From NCBI GenBank assembly GCA_002633005.1, contig NMRA01000143.1, forward strand, positions 67,402 through 131,401: a stretch of DNA of 64,000 nt, in the 5' to 3' direction. Below are positions 53,149-64,000 of this stretch, piece after piece. A model generated the notes under the pieces. That model was given only the letters and a program-made list of their open reading frames with translations. It was not told where the DNA came from and made no database searches. The translations under genes were made by a program, and so were the position numbers. The stretch comes from Phoronis australis. Its lineage: Eukaryota > Animalia > Phoronida. How positions within the stretch are numbered: the stretch's first letter is position 1; each line of letters starts with the position of its first letter.

Positions 53149-53623
53149 TTGGAAGCTCGCGCCGTATGACGTCGTATGACGTAGGCGATGTGAGCCTCAT
53201 TTGCATATGTCAGTGACATCTGTTGGTTCAAAAAAGAGGCTCATGCCCTAGTACATGCCTGGGAAGAGGCATCTTTTGGAAGGGTAAAGCATGTCACGTT
53301 CAAAGCACCCCAGTGCCAGTAATATGCAGTCTTTGAGGACCAAAGTGGTGTCATTTTATAGCTCATGAGTTAATCTTTCAAACATGATGCTTGGATTCCA
53401 GATAACTTGAACATTTACTTTTGAAATCACGCTTGAAATCACGCTAAAATGCGCTAAAACAGTTGTCCCTTCCTGGTTATCTCTTCCTGATAATATGGTA
53501 TTGCTTTTACGGCACGTCCCCGGCGATACTGTGTGCCCGTACTTGTACAAATAATTCAAAAAATGCCACATAAAGTTATCAAAGGCCAAGAAGTCTACAC
53601 AATTAAGCCTACTTCGCAGCACA

Positions 53624-55046
53624 ACGAATTTGCAACTTCTGTAAACTACCGGCCTGTCACCTACCTGGAAATTATACTAGTACAGAGGGCAAATTCGCTA
53701 ACATTTGCTCCTAACGCCGAGCAGGAAAATGGTCTGAACTCCAGGATTGCGAAATCTCCATTCGAGGTCAAATTTCATCCATTTATCGTTTATAACCATG
53801 ACACTGTCATAGCAGGATTAAATAACCCGATAAACAGTTTTATGTTTTAAGGTTCAGGGTTTCAGTTTCCTGGTAGCTAGAGATGAGCATGAAGAGAAAC
53901 GTAAAGCCATAGTCCGGTACACCCAACGTTACTGTCAAATAGTTCATCATGCTCAAATGATCCGACTTGGTTGATTATCAAATTAATAAAATAACGAACA
54001 ATTGATAAAGTGTAGTATAAGAGTATTCACTGTTGAGTTCTCTGTTATCGCTGCCACTAGCGCTCGCTAGTAGCGAAAAAGCAATGATCAAGTACGAAGC
54101 GCGGGGACAATGGGCAAGAGCGCCTTTGCAGCGCAATAAATGGCACAAATTCATCCACAAAAAACCAGAACTGACATTTTTACGTTTTCTAATGATCCAG
54201 AAAGGCAAGGGTTATTTTGTTATTTAATAATATGATCAATTGTTTTTCATTTTCTGAGTCAAAATTTCGAACGATCACAGGGATAATTTTAAAAAACATA
54301 CCCACGGCCATGGGTCAATATGACCGGTGACGCCCACGGTCACAGCCACAGGGCTTCAAATCTATGTATGAGTCAAGTTAGAGAATCTGTGGGTCTCCGT
54401 GAAAAATCGACATAATTTTAATATGCCATTTGGCCCCACTTAAGCAACATCAGTGCATCCGAATGAAAACGACAATTCGCCAATGATGCGGAGCGCGGCC
54501 CTAAAATTATCCCTTGATCGACACTTGCAATGAAAAGTTTGAAAATACTCAGGTTGGTACTGACATAACCACAGGTGCATAGCCACCGGTCATTGGGAGC
54601 ATGCACAAAACGCGGGCTAAGTCTTATCAGGTCAGGAGGAACTAACAACCAAAATTTGTGACGATAGGAGGGGCTCAACACACCCCTTGGTTTTTACCTG
54701 TTCTGCATCCTGGGAGGGGGTGAACACCCATCTGGCGCCCACCTGTTTTTTACCCGTTTTGCACTCCTCCCATGTACCCCCTTCCGCTGGCACCTGAAAC
54801 CCCAAGAGCAATCACTAGAATTAGGCAGTCTATGGAGGTATGAAATGTAATTAGGAACGGTAATTTGCCTTATTAAAATCTCAAACATGAACCAAAAAAC
54901 CAGCCATGGCTTTTGAAGGGATCTTCAAGAGAATTAAAGGAAAACTCTCACTGTCTATTACACTTTTGATATTGACTAAATCACACATTTTCATTCTCAC
55001 TTTATTTTAAATTAATGTAAATTTACGTACTTTACCCATTTTAATC
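53624..55046 (+). repeat. Dispersed repeat homologous to 15101-15810 and 19492-20200, interrupted by a ~0.8-kb insertion
   Basis: 53624-54140 aligns with 15101-15667, and 54945-55046 with 15676-15810; 54145-54940 has no counterpart in those copies. Confidence 0.75.
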
Positions 55047-55991
55047 ACGCACGTCGAACGTCATTTAAAGTATGAATTTATCAGTGTTTACTTGGTTAGG
55101 ACTCCAGCCGCCAAGTTAGTTTTGGTTATTCGCTGCTTGGAGCGCTAACTAGTTTTTCGACGGATAACCCACTGCAGCGAAAAGCAAGATGGTGGAGTGG
55201 GACCCCCTATTGTACTACACTCCTAGATAACGCTTCAAAAAAATAATCCCAAGCGATTTAATAATCACCAATAGAATTCAGCGCCGACTTAATCCGTCGC
55301 GAAATGCCTTCGCTCTTGCATGATTGTAACATATGGTTTTCAAATTAATAGTTTAGTTAATGTTAAAATTGCGATTTTAGCTGAGTTTGCATATTTTGTG
55401 ACCAACATAACCGGCCATTTTGCAATTCAGTCTGTATTCGAAAGTAGTTCGTTGCTAACCCGCTTATCAATCCCTTTTAATGATATTTTATTATAAAGTC
55501 TATACAAAGAAACCTTAGGTGTCACTAAACTTGTTTTATACGACAAGGGTGATTCAGGCTTCCGATGTTTAAAGTCTCGCTAGTTAAATTCAGTTCTCCT
55601 AATACATTAAACATTACCATGATCACACTAAGTTATGAATTGCCAAATGTAGAGAAACGCATAGTTTTGTTATCTCAATTTAGTCTACGTCGCCGCGAGA
55701 ATGCCAATATACTTTTGGCAGCAGATACAGACACATACGTGTATGCTGTAGGTACGAGAGAATGTTCAAAACTACTGGGTAGAGTTCAGTACCTGTCTGG
55801 CGGCTAAAAAATCAAGTCAAAATCACGTGTTCTCATTTAAAATACACTACAATACCTTTCGTAATCTCACGAATTCTTGCTATTCTAGGGCCTTGTGTTA
55901 TTGAACTCACCGTTTTTCTTTGTTTACGGATCTCTCGTGGTGACGCAAAATAAGGCACGAAACGAATACTTAACGTATCATTTGACGTGCT

Positions 55992-58900
55992 TGATTCGCC
56001 GTAAAGTGTTACAACCTCGTGGAATGTAACAACTTCGTAAAATGTAATAACTTTGCAAAATGTAACAACTGTTACATTTTACATCATTGTTACATCTTAC
56101 GTTGCCGGGACTCTCCTAAAATGTAACAAATTATTACATTTTATGTAATTGTTACAATTTCCGTCGAATGCGTGCACATGCGAGAAATGTACCATTGCTA
56201 CATTTTACGAAAGCGTCGTCATATTTCCTGAGTTTGTAAGGTGTTTGTCACACGGAGGATAACGGTTCACACACTTAACGGCTTCTTTCTAGGATTGTTT
56301 GAATGAAATTCTCTCAAATGTGCCAGTTCGAATTGATAGATGTGTCCCTATGTGGTTCCCATTGTTTTTTTAACATGAATAGTTTCTTGGTATAGTAAAA
56401 ATGTTAGCCTTGGTACAAAACTGTATAATAAACATACAGCTTTTCACCGATGTGGGTAAAAAGTGGTAAGATAAAATCTGACACGAAATCAGTGTCATTA
56501 AAAACTACAGTCTTCCTTGAGTGAACTAAATTATTTAACGGTGTTGGAAAAAATGGCGTTCTACCGTTATTCTGCTGCTAAAGTTCTGGAGCGATCTTTA
56601 GCGACGGCTTTCGGCGCCATGAAATATTGCGTCACCTATTGGCCAGTTTCTTTTTTCTCCGATTCTTCAATCAGTTGTTCTTCTTTCACGAGGTTGCGTA
56701 CACGTTCAACAAATTATCGGAACTGGTTTCACTTCATTATAAGTTTTTAGAATTTTGATACAGAAAAACCGAATTTCAGAAGAAATTTTGCTGCTGCCAA
56801 GCTATCATCATCTCCCGAGAGATGTCGCAAAAATTTAGGACATGGCGCGTGCGGGTGACACGAGCGTACTGTTTTCAAACCGACGACATTCCTTTCATTG
56901 TTAGAAAAGACGTTTATTGCATTGTTTTTCACTTAAACGGCTGTAACGAGCAAGGTGAGTGTCGGTTGATTCCCACATTTTACATGCACCCGCCGGTCTT
57001 TAGCTTTACATGTTGATACAAGCTTCACGGCGAGGTAACGAGCAGAACTACCCTGGCTGTGTACAATTTCGGGGACTACGGAAGAAATACACACAGTGGT
57101 ACCTAGCTGTATTTTGACGACAGTCTCCACACAGCTAGCTGCCTGGCTATAAAATGTAACCTGCACAGTTTCAAATCCAGACGAAAGGAGTTTCCAGAAC
57201 TAGGTAACAAGTTTTTATTGTTAAAACTTTCTTGCAATCTTTTGTTGGCGCTCACAGGTCATAAACCAATTTGTATCCAGCACTACAGCAAACACGCTTT
57301 CCTTGGTAAGCACAACAGAAACAATGGCATCGTATTTTGGCTAACATTTATCGCATTTCTTCGGGTCACAATAACACATTTTTACGTAGAATTCTATTTC
57401 GGAAGCCAATTTGATAGTTTGATTATTTCAGCTAGTGTTTTATTGCCTTGGAGTCGTCGGTAATGCAGTAATTGCCCTGCTCCCTCCAAAAGGAGACATA
57501 CCAAAGTTTCTCATGGTGACGGGTTCTGTCTAACACCTTAGTTGCGAATTTCTTAAAGACATTGTGGTGGAAGTAAATAAAAGCACGCATTTATTTGAGG
57601 ATAGATTGAAAGATTTTTACCATTTCAACAACAAAAGATCGCCTTTGGGAAGGCCGAGCCTATAGTTTAAAACAGTGTAGGCATAGTCCAGTATTTAAAC
57701 ATCACAAAAGCTGAATGAAATATAATTGTCCCTATGATGTCAAACCTGTCTGAAATAGTGGTGGTAACAACTGGTCAAACCGTGACGTGTATACGTAACA
57801 ATGGGAGGCCTATCTGGGAAATAGAAAATATTTTGGCACTCTGAAAGGGCATGATCATTTTGCTGAAACCGACTCTCGGTCGATAGTTTAAAGGGCCGGG
57901 CAACAGTCCAAAAAAGTTGACTGCCGGCCTTTAGGATTACGGAAACATAGTACACTTTTAATATAAAATATCAATTAGAATTGCTATTTTGTCAATGTTC
58001 GTTAGTCCAAAGCACATATAATTAAATACTGAGAATGGACATTCTACTCTTAATGGACGTGAAGCCACGTGTCTCATGATACGCCATTTTTGGGGTTGCA
58101 GCTCTGCTGTCAACAACACACGTAGTTGTAGGCAAATAAGGGAATTTGGTTTATTAACCCTTTTGCTACCTCGCATAAAAGGAACATATTAAACATTGCT
58201 GACTTCGACGTTGGCCGTTTATGCTCCATACAATCCACTTTCAATGAAATCTAGTTCAAATCACTCAGTTAAATCCCCACGTTGTTCTAAGAACATAAAA
58301 TTGTTGCGTGTTTTGTATGTCCGTTACCATATTTTCTAATGACCCGCTGACCGCGGCCACAGCCGACTAGTCGCCAGTTCTCAAAAAATTGTCTGCCTCC
58401 AGAGTTCAACTTAACGCAATGTTTGAACTTAAACATCACCATGGAACCAGTCCCAGATCTTTGAAAAGGAATGTTTTCATCAAAAGTCAAAAATGATAAC
58501 ACGGTGGGTATCCTCACTTTTAAACGTGTAACAAATAAAAGATTGCAGCCTGAATTCAGTTCTTCGTGGCAAACTACAGAAGGATATTGCTATATACACA
58601 AACGATATCGTGCTTGCCGATAGTTCTGAAATTGACGCACGTCTAAACAAGATTTTAAATCTTAACCCCTCGTTTTCAAAAAAGTAGGCTTACTCTACAT
58701 CCACAGCTGTCAAGACGTTTCTCACAATGTCGTTAAGGCTGATCATAGGAACCCCTTTAAAATCCCTGGCTGTCCATTATGGGAAGCCCGGTGGAAACAT
58801 TGAACCATAAATGAGATGATTTTAAAATCTTTGATGACCATGATGTATTAGCACTTTGCTAAACATGTATTGTGTATATTGCACTGTGTCCTCAATAAAT

Positions 58901-59600
58901 AAATTCAATAATAAGGATAATGGTAAGTAATGATTATGATACATGATTATGAATATGATAATGATAGTGATAATCATGATAACGATAATGAGTAATAGTA
59001 GTGAAAGTAGTAATAGTGGTAATAGTAGTAATAGTAATGTAATAAAATGATTATGGGTAGCCAAATTCATTCCCTGTCAGCCCGAAAGGCATTCCTATAG
59101 AAGAGGTATATGAAAAGTGCCGCCCAAAAGGGTGTTTTTCACCGCAAAAAATACTCTCCAAAATGGTGCCATTTTCGAGAAAATACTATCTAAAAGGGCA
59201 CCTTTCCTGTATTTCTGGAACAGAATTGTGCGAAAATGTGATTCTTTTACACAATTTTGCTCTTTAAATGGGTCGCTTTTTGCCGACCCCAATCTCTAAA
59301 AGGATAGGTATACAAAATTTTCGGGTGGCACCCCTCGTCCAAATATTCGAGTACACCCCGGCCGTGTCAGATACCTGTTGTTCGTGCTTTTAGTCATTTT
59401 CTTTGTTATATGACGTTTGTTTCGTAAAATGTAACAATGGCACATTTCTCGTATGCGCATTTGACATAAAATGTAACAATTACGTAAAATGTAACATCAT
59501 GAAACATTTTAGGAGAGGCTTAGCAACGTAAAATGTAACAATGATGTAAAATGTAATAGCTGTTACATTTTACGAAAACGCTACATTTTACGGTGTATCA
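55992..59600. mobile_element. 3.6-kb TG...CA element with ~200-bp TIRs (Ginger2/TDD-like, non-autonomous)
   Basis: Exact 5-bp TSD GTGCT (55987-55991, 59601-59605). Termini TGATTCGCCGTAAA / TTTACGGTGTATCA. 55992-56225 and 59408-59600 are inverted copies built from AAAATGTAAC units. Confidence 0.8.
59081..59361. mobile_element. Nested CCCG...CCGG MITE (EnSpm-like, tentative)
   Basis: Begins CCCGAAAGGCATTCC and ends GAGTACACCCCGG, resembling CCCGGGGG..ACTC / GAGT..CCCCGGG MITE ends. No TSD. Confidence 0.35.
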
Positions 59601-59769
59601 GTGCTTGTGTTTGAGCTCGTTTTCTTGTGTTGTTAAGGCGTTGCTATGGCTATCTGGACAGCATCATGTAGAATGACAGAAATCCGTTCTTGGAACGTCA
59701 CACTACGACTACCATCACGCAACTCATCTGAACCGAGTCACAACAAGACGAAGAAAGATTTCTTTAATA

Positions 59770-60270
59770 ATGTAGACTATCACCCGAACAGTTTGAAAAT
59801 CCTATAGAAAGAATGGGACCAATAAGTTCTGAAAGGAGGACCAATATTCATGTTTAAGGAAATAAAACAAAATTGCTCTGTGGTCAAATGGAAGTTTGGT
59901 TCAAGCAACTTCAGAAAATTATCACTATCATCACCACCATCGTCATCATCATCACCACCATCATCATGACCAAAATCATCATTATCGCCACCACCACCAA
60001 TACCATCATTATCACCACCATCGTCATCATCTCCAATATTATCCCCCTCATCAACACCATCACCATCATTGTCATCATCATCACTATCAACATCATCACC
60101 GTTATTATCATCATCTTCTTTATCTTCATCATGACTGCCACTCTCCTCGCCTTCATCATCGTCGTCGTCGGTGTCATCATCTTCATCAATACGTTTGTTA
60201 TGCTTATGATCATTTTTAGTTTGTGTTGAAGAAGTTTATTTTACCACATACATCTCGTTAGTTGTACACC
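59770..60270 (-). repeat. Asp-rich triplet segment, paralogue of 36575-37020
   Basis: Same unique flanks; the - strand reads KRIDEDDDTDDDDDEGEESGSHDED...DDSDNFLKLLEPNF with no stop in that frame. Confidence 0.8.
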
Positions 60271-60359
60271 GCACACGTGAGTCCAAGAAGCTACAGTACG
60301 TTCCCTGTTCAGAAAACAGGGCTCGCGTAGACGATAAAAGGTCACTCATTTTGACTAAG

Positions 60360-60445
60360 AGGGTGGTAGAGAGGGAGGGAGGGATCGAGGGAGGGAGGGA
60401 TCGAGGGAGGATGGGTGGGAGGGAGGGAGGCATCGAGGGAGGGAC
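60360..60445 (+). repeat. (GGGA)n polypurine tract
   Basis: Repeated GAGGGAGGGAGGGATC units; G-quadruplex/triplex potential. Confidence 0.8.
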
Positions 60446-60846
60446 TTTCATGTATATAGTAAAACAGAAGACCTGGGAAAGGTAATGGAAGAACCGCTGA
60501 TCGAGTTCACCTAAATATAAATATACATTAGTATAACAGAAAATTACAAATGTACTGGAAAATACAAAAATATAATATACACTGGGAAGATGAGTGAACA
60601 AAAGTGCCACAAAAACTGACGAGAAAAGGCCGATATTTTAAAAGTAAGCAGGCCCTGAAATGGCAAAAAACGTATTTCTTAAGAGTACATGTAAGTGCAG
60701 CAAACACTCTACGGTCATAGAAGATACCAAGACATTCGTTTTCTTTCTTATCGCTTGTAAATACATTGAACTACTACACCTTATATTTTATGATATTTGA
60801 CATTAAACAAATCTCGTGTAAGAGTGGTGCAATAGGGTTAGTGAAC

Positions 60847-60877
60847 TATATATTGAGCGTGTCGGTCTCAATCATTT
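60847..60877 (+). promoter_or_regulatory. Possible core promoter of the MFS gene
   Basis: TATATAT at 60847-60853 and Inr-like TCATTT at 60872-60877 (A is 27 nt after the first T), 20 nt before the ATG. Confidence 0.3.
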
Positions 60878-60896
60878 GGACTCACCTGACTTAGGC

Positions 60897-61088
60897 ATGG
60901 CAATGTCAGACGTAACAGCGGAGGACGTAAATGGAAATGTTAACGTTAAAGCGAATCAAATATCCGACGGCGGAGGAGAGACGACAGACGATGTGGCAAC
61001 GGTTGCAGAGACGCTAGCGATCGACAACGAGTCTGACGGTTACCGGGTGCTTAAAACAATTTTGAGTTTTTTCGGTGCCTTTGCTGGG
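60897..61088 (+). CDS. MFS transporter (MFSD4/NaGLT1-like), coding exon 1
   Basis: ATG in GGCATGG context; acidic N-terminus then RVLKTILSFFGAFAG (start of TM1); donor GGG|GTGGGT, phase 0. Confidence 0.7.
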
Positions 61089-61411
61089 GTGGGTATTAGA
61101 ACAACTGAATTACAAAAATGTTCATCTTTCTTTAATTTTGTTTTTTATTTACAATATCAATCCTCCTTTAAGCTTATGTCAATGACACGAGTGTACGCTT
61201 CTCGAAGGAAGTTATCAAAACACCTGTGACTTTTCAGATTTTTACAAACTGCCTGAGCGAAGACCTAGCTGCTTGAAATAATATAAAACTTCAACTGTTG
61301 GATTCATGACAAACCACTGGTTGGATGTCGTTTGATAATTCACATTATTTACTCAATTACCTACGTCAAGGCAGAAACAATCACTGGACGCTCACTTCCT
61401 TAATCTCACAG

Positions 61412-61492
61412 GGAATGGGGCATAAATTGCTCGGGACTGCCATGCTGGACATTCTCGAAAGAATGGATACCAACTACGAAGATCTATCTACG
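61412..61492 (+). CDS. MFS transporter (MFSD4/NaGLT1-like), coding exon 2
   Basis: CTCACAG| GMGHKLLGTAMLDILERMDTNYEDLST |GTACGT; 81 nt, phase 0/0; matches the G....LGP.LLDL pattern of MFSD4-type TM1. Confidence 0.75.
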
Positions 61493-63583
61493 GTACGTGA
61501 GTTTCCTTTTTCAGTTAGTTATCCAACAGGGTTGAGTTCCTCAGACGCAAGAATCTGGCAAAGGAAGTTAGTGTGATTACGAGCTAAGCTTGTAATACAT
61601 GGCGAAGTCTCGCGAAGTCATGTCTAATCCTACGTTTTCGCAGGGTTCTCGAGCCTACGCAATGTGGGCGTGTTCTAAACGGTCGCTACTCCAGGGAGCA
61701 TTGTTCGCTGCCACTAATTTTTTTTCTCAGGTGCTGGAAAGGGCGGGTTCGTACTTCAAGTTGTCGTTAAAAGAAACTAAGCCGAGACATGAACATGGCC
61801 AATGAATAGACATTAACAACTTTCCTATCTAGCGCTTCATCATAAAATAATCATTTGTAACCCTGGTAAGCCGTTAAAATTTTGGGATGCGTTTGAAAAT
61901 TCCTTCTAACTTCTGTTAAACCGGCAAGAGTGAACACACTTCAGGCGACTCACTCAACAACTATGGGACTATTGCACACCCAAAACCACTAACCTAAAAA
62001 ATGCAAGTGAAGAAAATTTTGTGCAGAAATGGTATCCCTCATCCTTTAGTGTGAGAAAAATACATAGAGGTCGTGATATCGGAAGTTTTTAAGATGGCAA
62101 ACAAAATGGCCAGCTTAAGCAGTCTTTTCTGTTTTCTGGCATGTTATTTCTTTTGTAACAGCTAAGAATGATAAAAAAGCATGCCATTGATTGAACACTT
62201 CTCTTAGGAGGTTATCAACTTAATTAGACCAAATGACCCCAATGTAAAACAAACCTGGCAGACAAAATGACAGATGAAATGGCAATTTGCTGTATACCTT
62301 TATTGAAAAAGGTAGTATTGATGTTTTTACATTAAGCAACTGAAAACATCTGAGGTTACAGTCAATAATGAAAACCAAACCAAGATGACTGACAAAATGG
62401 CTGCTAAGTCCCAAGACACTAATTTACGCTACATGTATGTACACGTACTCTGTACAATTGATACCTTTATAAGCTTTGAAACAGCAGAAAAAATTTTACA
62501 CCTAACTTTAATGGAAAATGGAACTATTTCATGTTTTTAGGGTACTTTAGCATTTATATACTACTGACTGATTTTTATTCTCTGTTTGTATAAATTTAAT
62601 GTATTCAATGAAATACATATGTATACTCATTTGCGGTTGGTTGCTATGGTAAGAATATTTCCAAGTAACCGTTACAAAGAAACGGGCCGTCATTTTGGCA
62701 CCTTTTGTTCAAAGTAATCAGTGATGCCCATTGGGCTCAGATTAATTTTCATTACTATTAATAAACGCCACACGATTGCGGTTACCATGGTTAGCAGGTT
62801 GTCTAGCAACTACTGTCAAAGGGCCTTTTTTCGCAAATTTCTCCTAAAATTACCATTACAATGTTTTCACAAGACTGACAAATTTATGTCACTGAACAGA
62901 AAACTTTTCAATACTGCATAAAGACAGTTTCCTAGTAAACGTTGCTAAGAAACTGTTCGGAATTTTGGCAACTCCTGCTAAAAGTGATCAGCATATCCTT
63001 AAATAACAATGCACCAAGCTCATGCTTTGTCACAACCTTTTTTCACATTTCACCATTTTGTACACCGCCTTGAAAAACAATGTTTACGCCATACAGGGAT
63101 GCAGAGAGGTACCATTTATGCAACAAAGCGTTGTCTTTCAATTTTGTCCGGGTCATCCTTAGAATGACTTGTCTAATTTTGGTCGAGTACAGAATCAGGA
63201 TTGTCTGAAATCAACAAAACATGGCGTTTGGTTTCCTTTTAAGAAGCTCTGTCACTTGCTCTTTTGGCCCTCTTCAACTTATCCTCAGAAATCTTTCCCG
63301 AACAATTAAGTAGTCGAATAAGACAGTTGTCTCCAATTTCGTATACGGAAATCGACGGAAGTAGGCAGGCTTTAACAACATAGAACAAATTGACAAAAGG
63401 TGACTGACGCTTGAGACGAGTTGATTGACAGCTCAACTTCAGCTTCAGGTTCGACATTGTGCGACACTGCTGAGTTGTATATGTACATTGCTGAACAATG
63501 GGGCATAAATCATACAACATCAAGGGTGTTAAACCAATCATAAAACAGGGTGCAGTCTATCTCGTGACGTTTGAATGTTACAG

Positions 63584-63794
63584 GCTATGGCAATGCGCCA
63601 CGTGTTCAGAATGCTCGGTTCCTTCGTTACTGGTTATCTCTTCGACAAGTTCCGTCGCCAGCGGGACCTGATAGTGGTGGTGATGGCATTTATCTTTGCT
63701 GCATCACTAATAGTCCAACTATGGGTTACCTCTACAGAGATGCTCGGTGTTTGTTACGCCATCTTTGGTTTTGCAACTGGCGGTCAAATGACTG
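63584..63794 (+). CDS. MFS transporter (MFSD4/NaGLT1-like), coding exon 3; gene continues beyond the window
   Basis: TTACAG| AMAMRHVFRMLGSFVTGYLFDKFRR (MFS motif A-like) plus two hydrophobic helices ..FGFATGGQMTG |GTAAGT. Confidence 0.85.
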
Positions 63795-64000
63795 GTAAGT
63801 TGTTTACCTTTTCAGGATTACTGGATAGCAATCATCCCGATCAACACCCAAAGCAGTACGTAATGTACCAAGTTTAGTAGTTTATCATAGATACAAGTAG
63901 TTAGCATATATTCAGCATCAACTGCCAGCTTACCTAGCAAAAGGTGCACCTCACTTCCTTGTCTGGATTGCTCGACTGGCATCCCACAATTCTGTGCATA

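Noticed and set aside
60876-61229. ORFs 60876-61229, 61325-61576 and 63575-63877 as separate genes
   Set aside because: They are exons of one MFS gene read through into introns; splice phases are compatible.

Overview
Eukaryotic, AT-rich, repeat-dense DNA, most likely an invertebrate animal (GT-AG introns, animal-type transposon families); no prokaryotic operons or CRISPR arrays. The one apparently intact host gene is the 5' part (3 coding exons) of an MFS transporter of the MFSD4/NaGLT1 type at 60.9-63.8 kb (+). A RING-finger/Asp-rich ORF at 35.8-36.4 kb (-) may also be genic. The rest is nested and decayed mobile DNA: two solo LTRs with exact 5-bp TSDs, a CR1/L2 RT fragment, a 5'-truncated HERO-type retrotransposon, a TTAA-flanked Kolobok derivative, a TG..CA element with ~200-bp TIRs and a 5-bp TSD, a TIR element carrying a dead PHD finger, P-like and Kolobok-like transposase exons, and several MITEs. 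A 2.8-4.4 kb tandem duplication joined at a single N is probably an assembly artefact. Best leads: (1) a hammerhead-ribozyme core in non-circularly permuted strand order in the HERO 3' UTR; (2) an intron-containing DUF3987/MCM-like AAA+ gene remnant followed by iteron-like repeats; (3) a Penelope-type minimal hammerhead with a U3-A8 core. All family calls come from manual motif reading; no searches were run.
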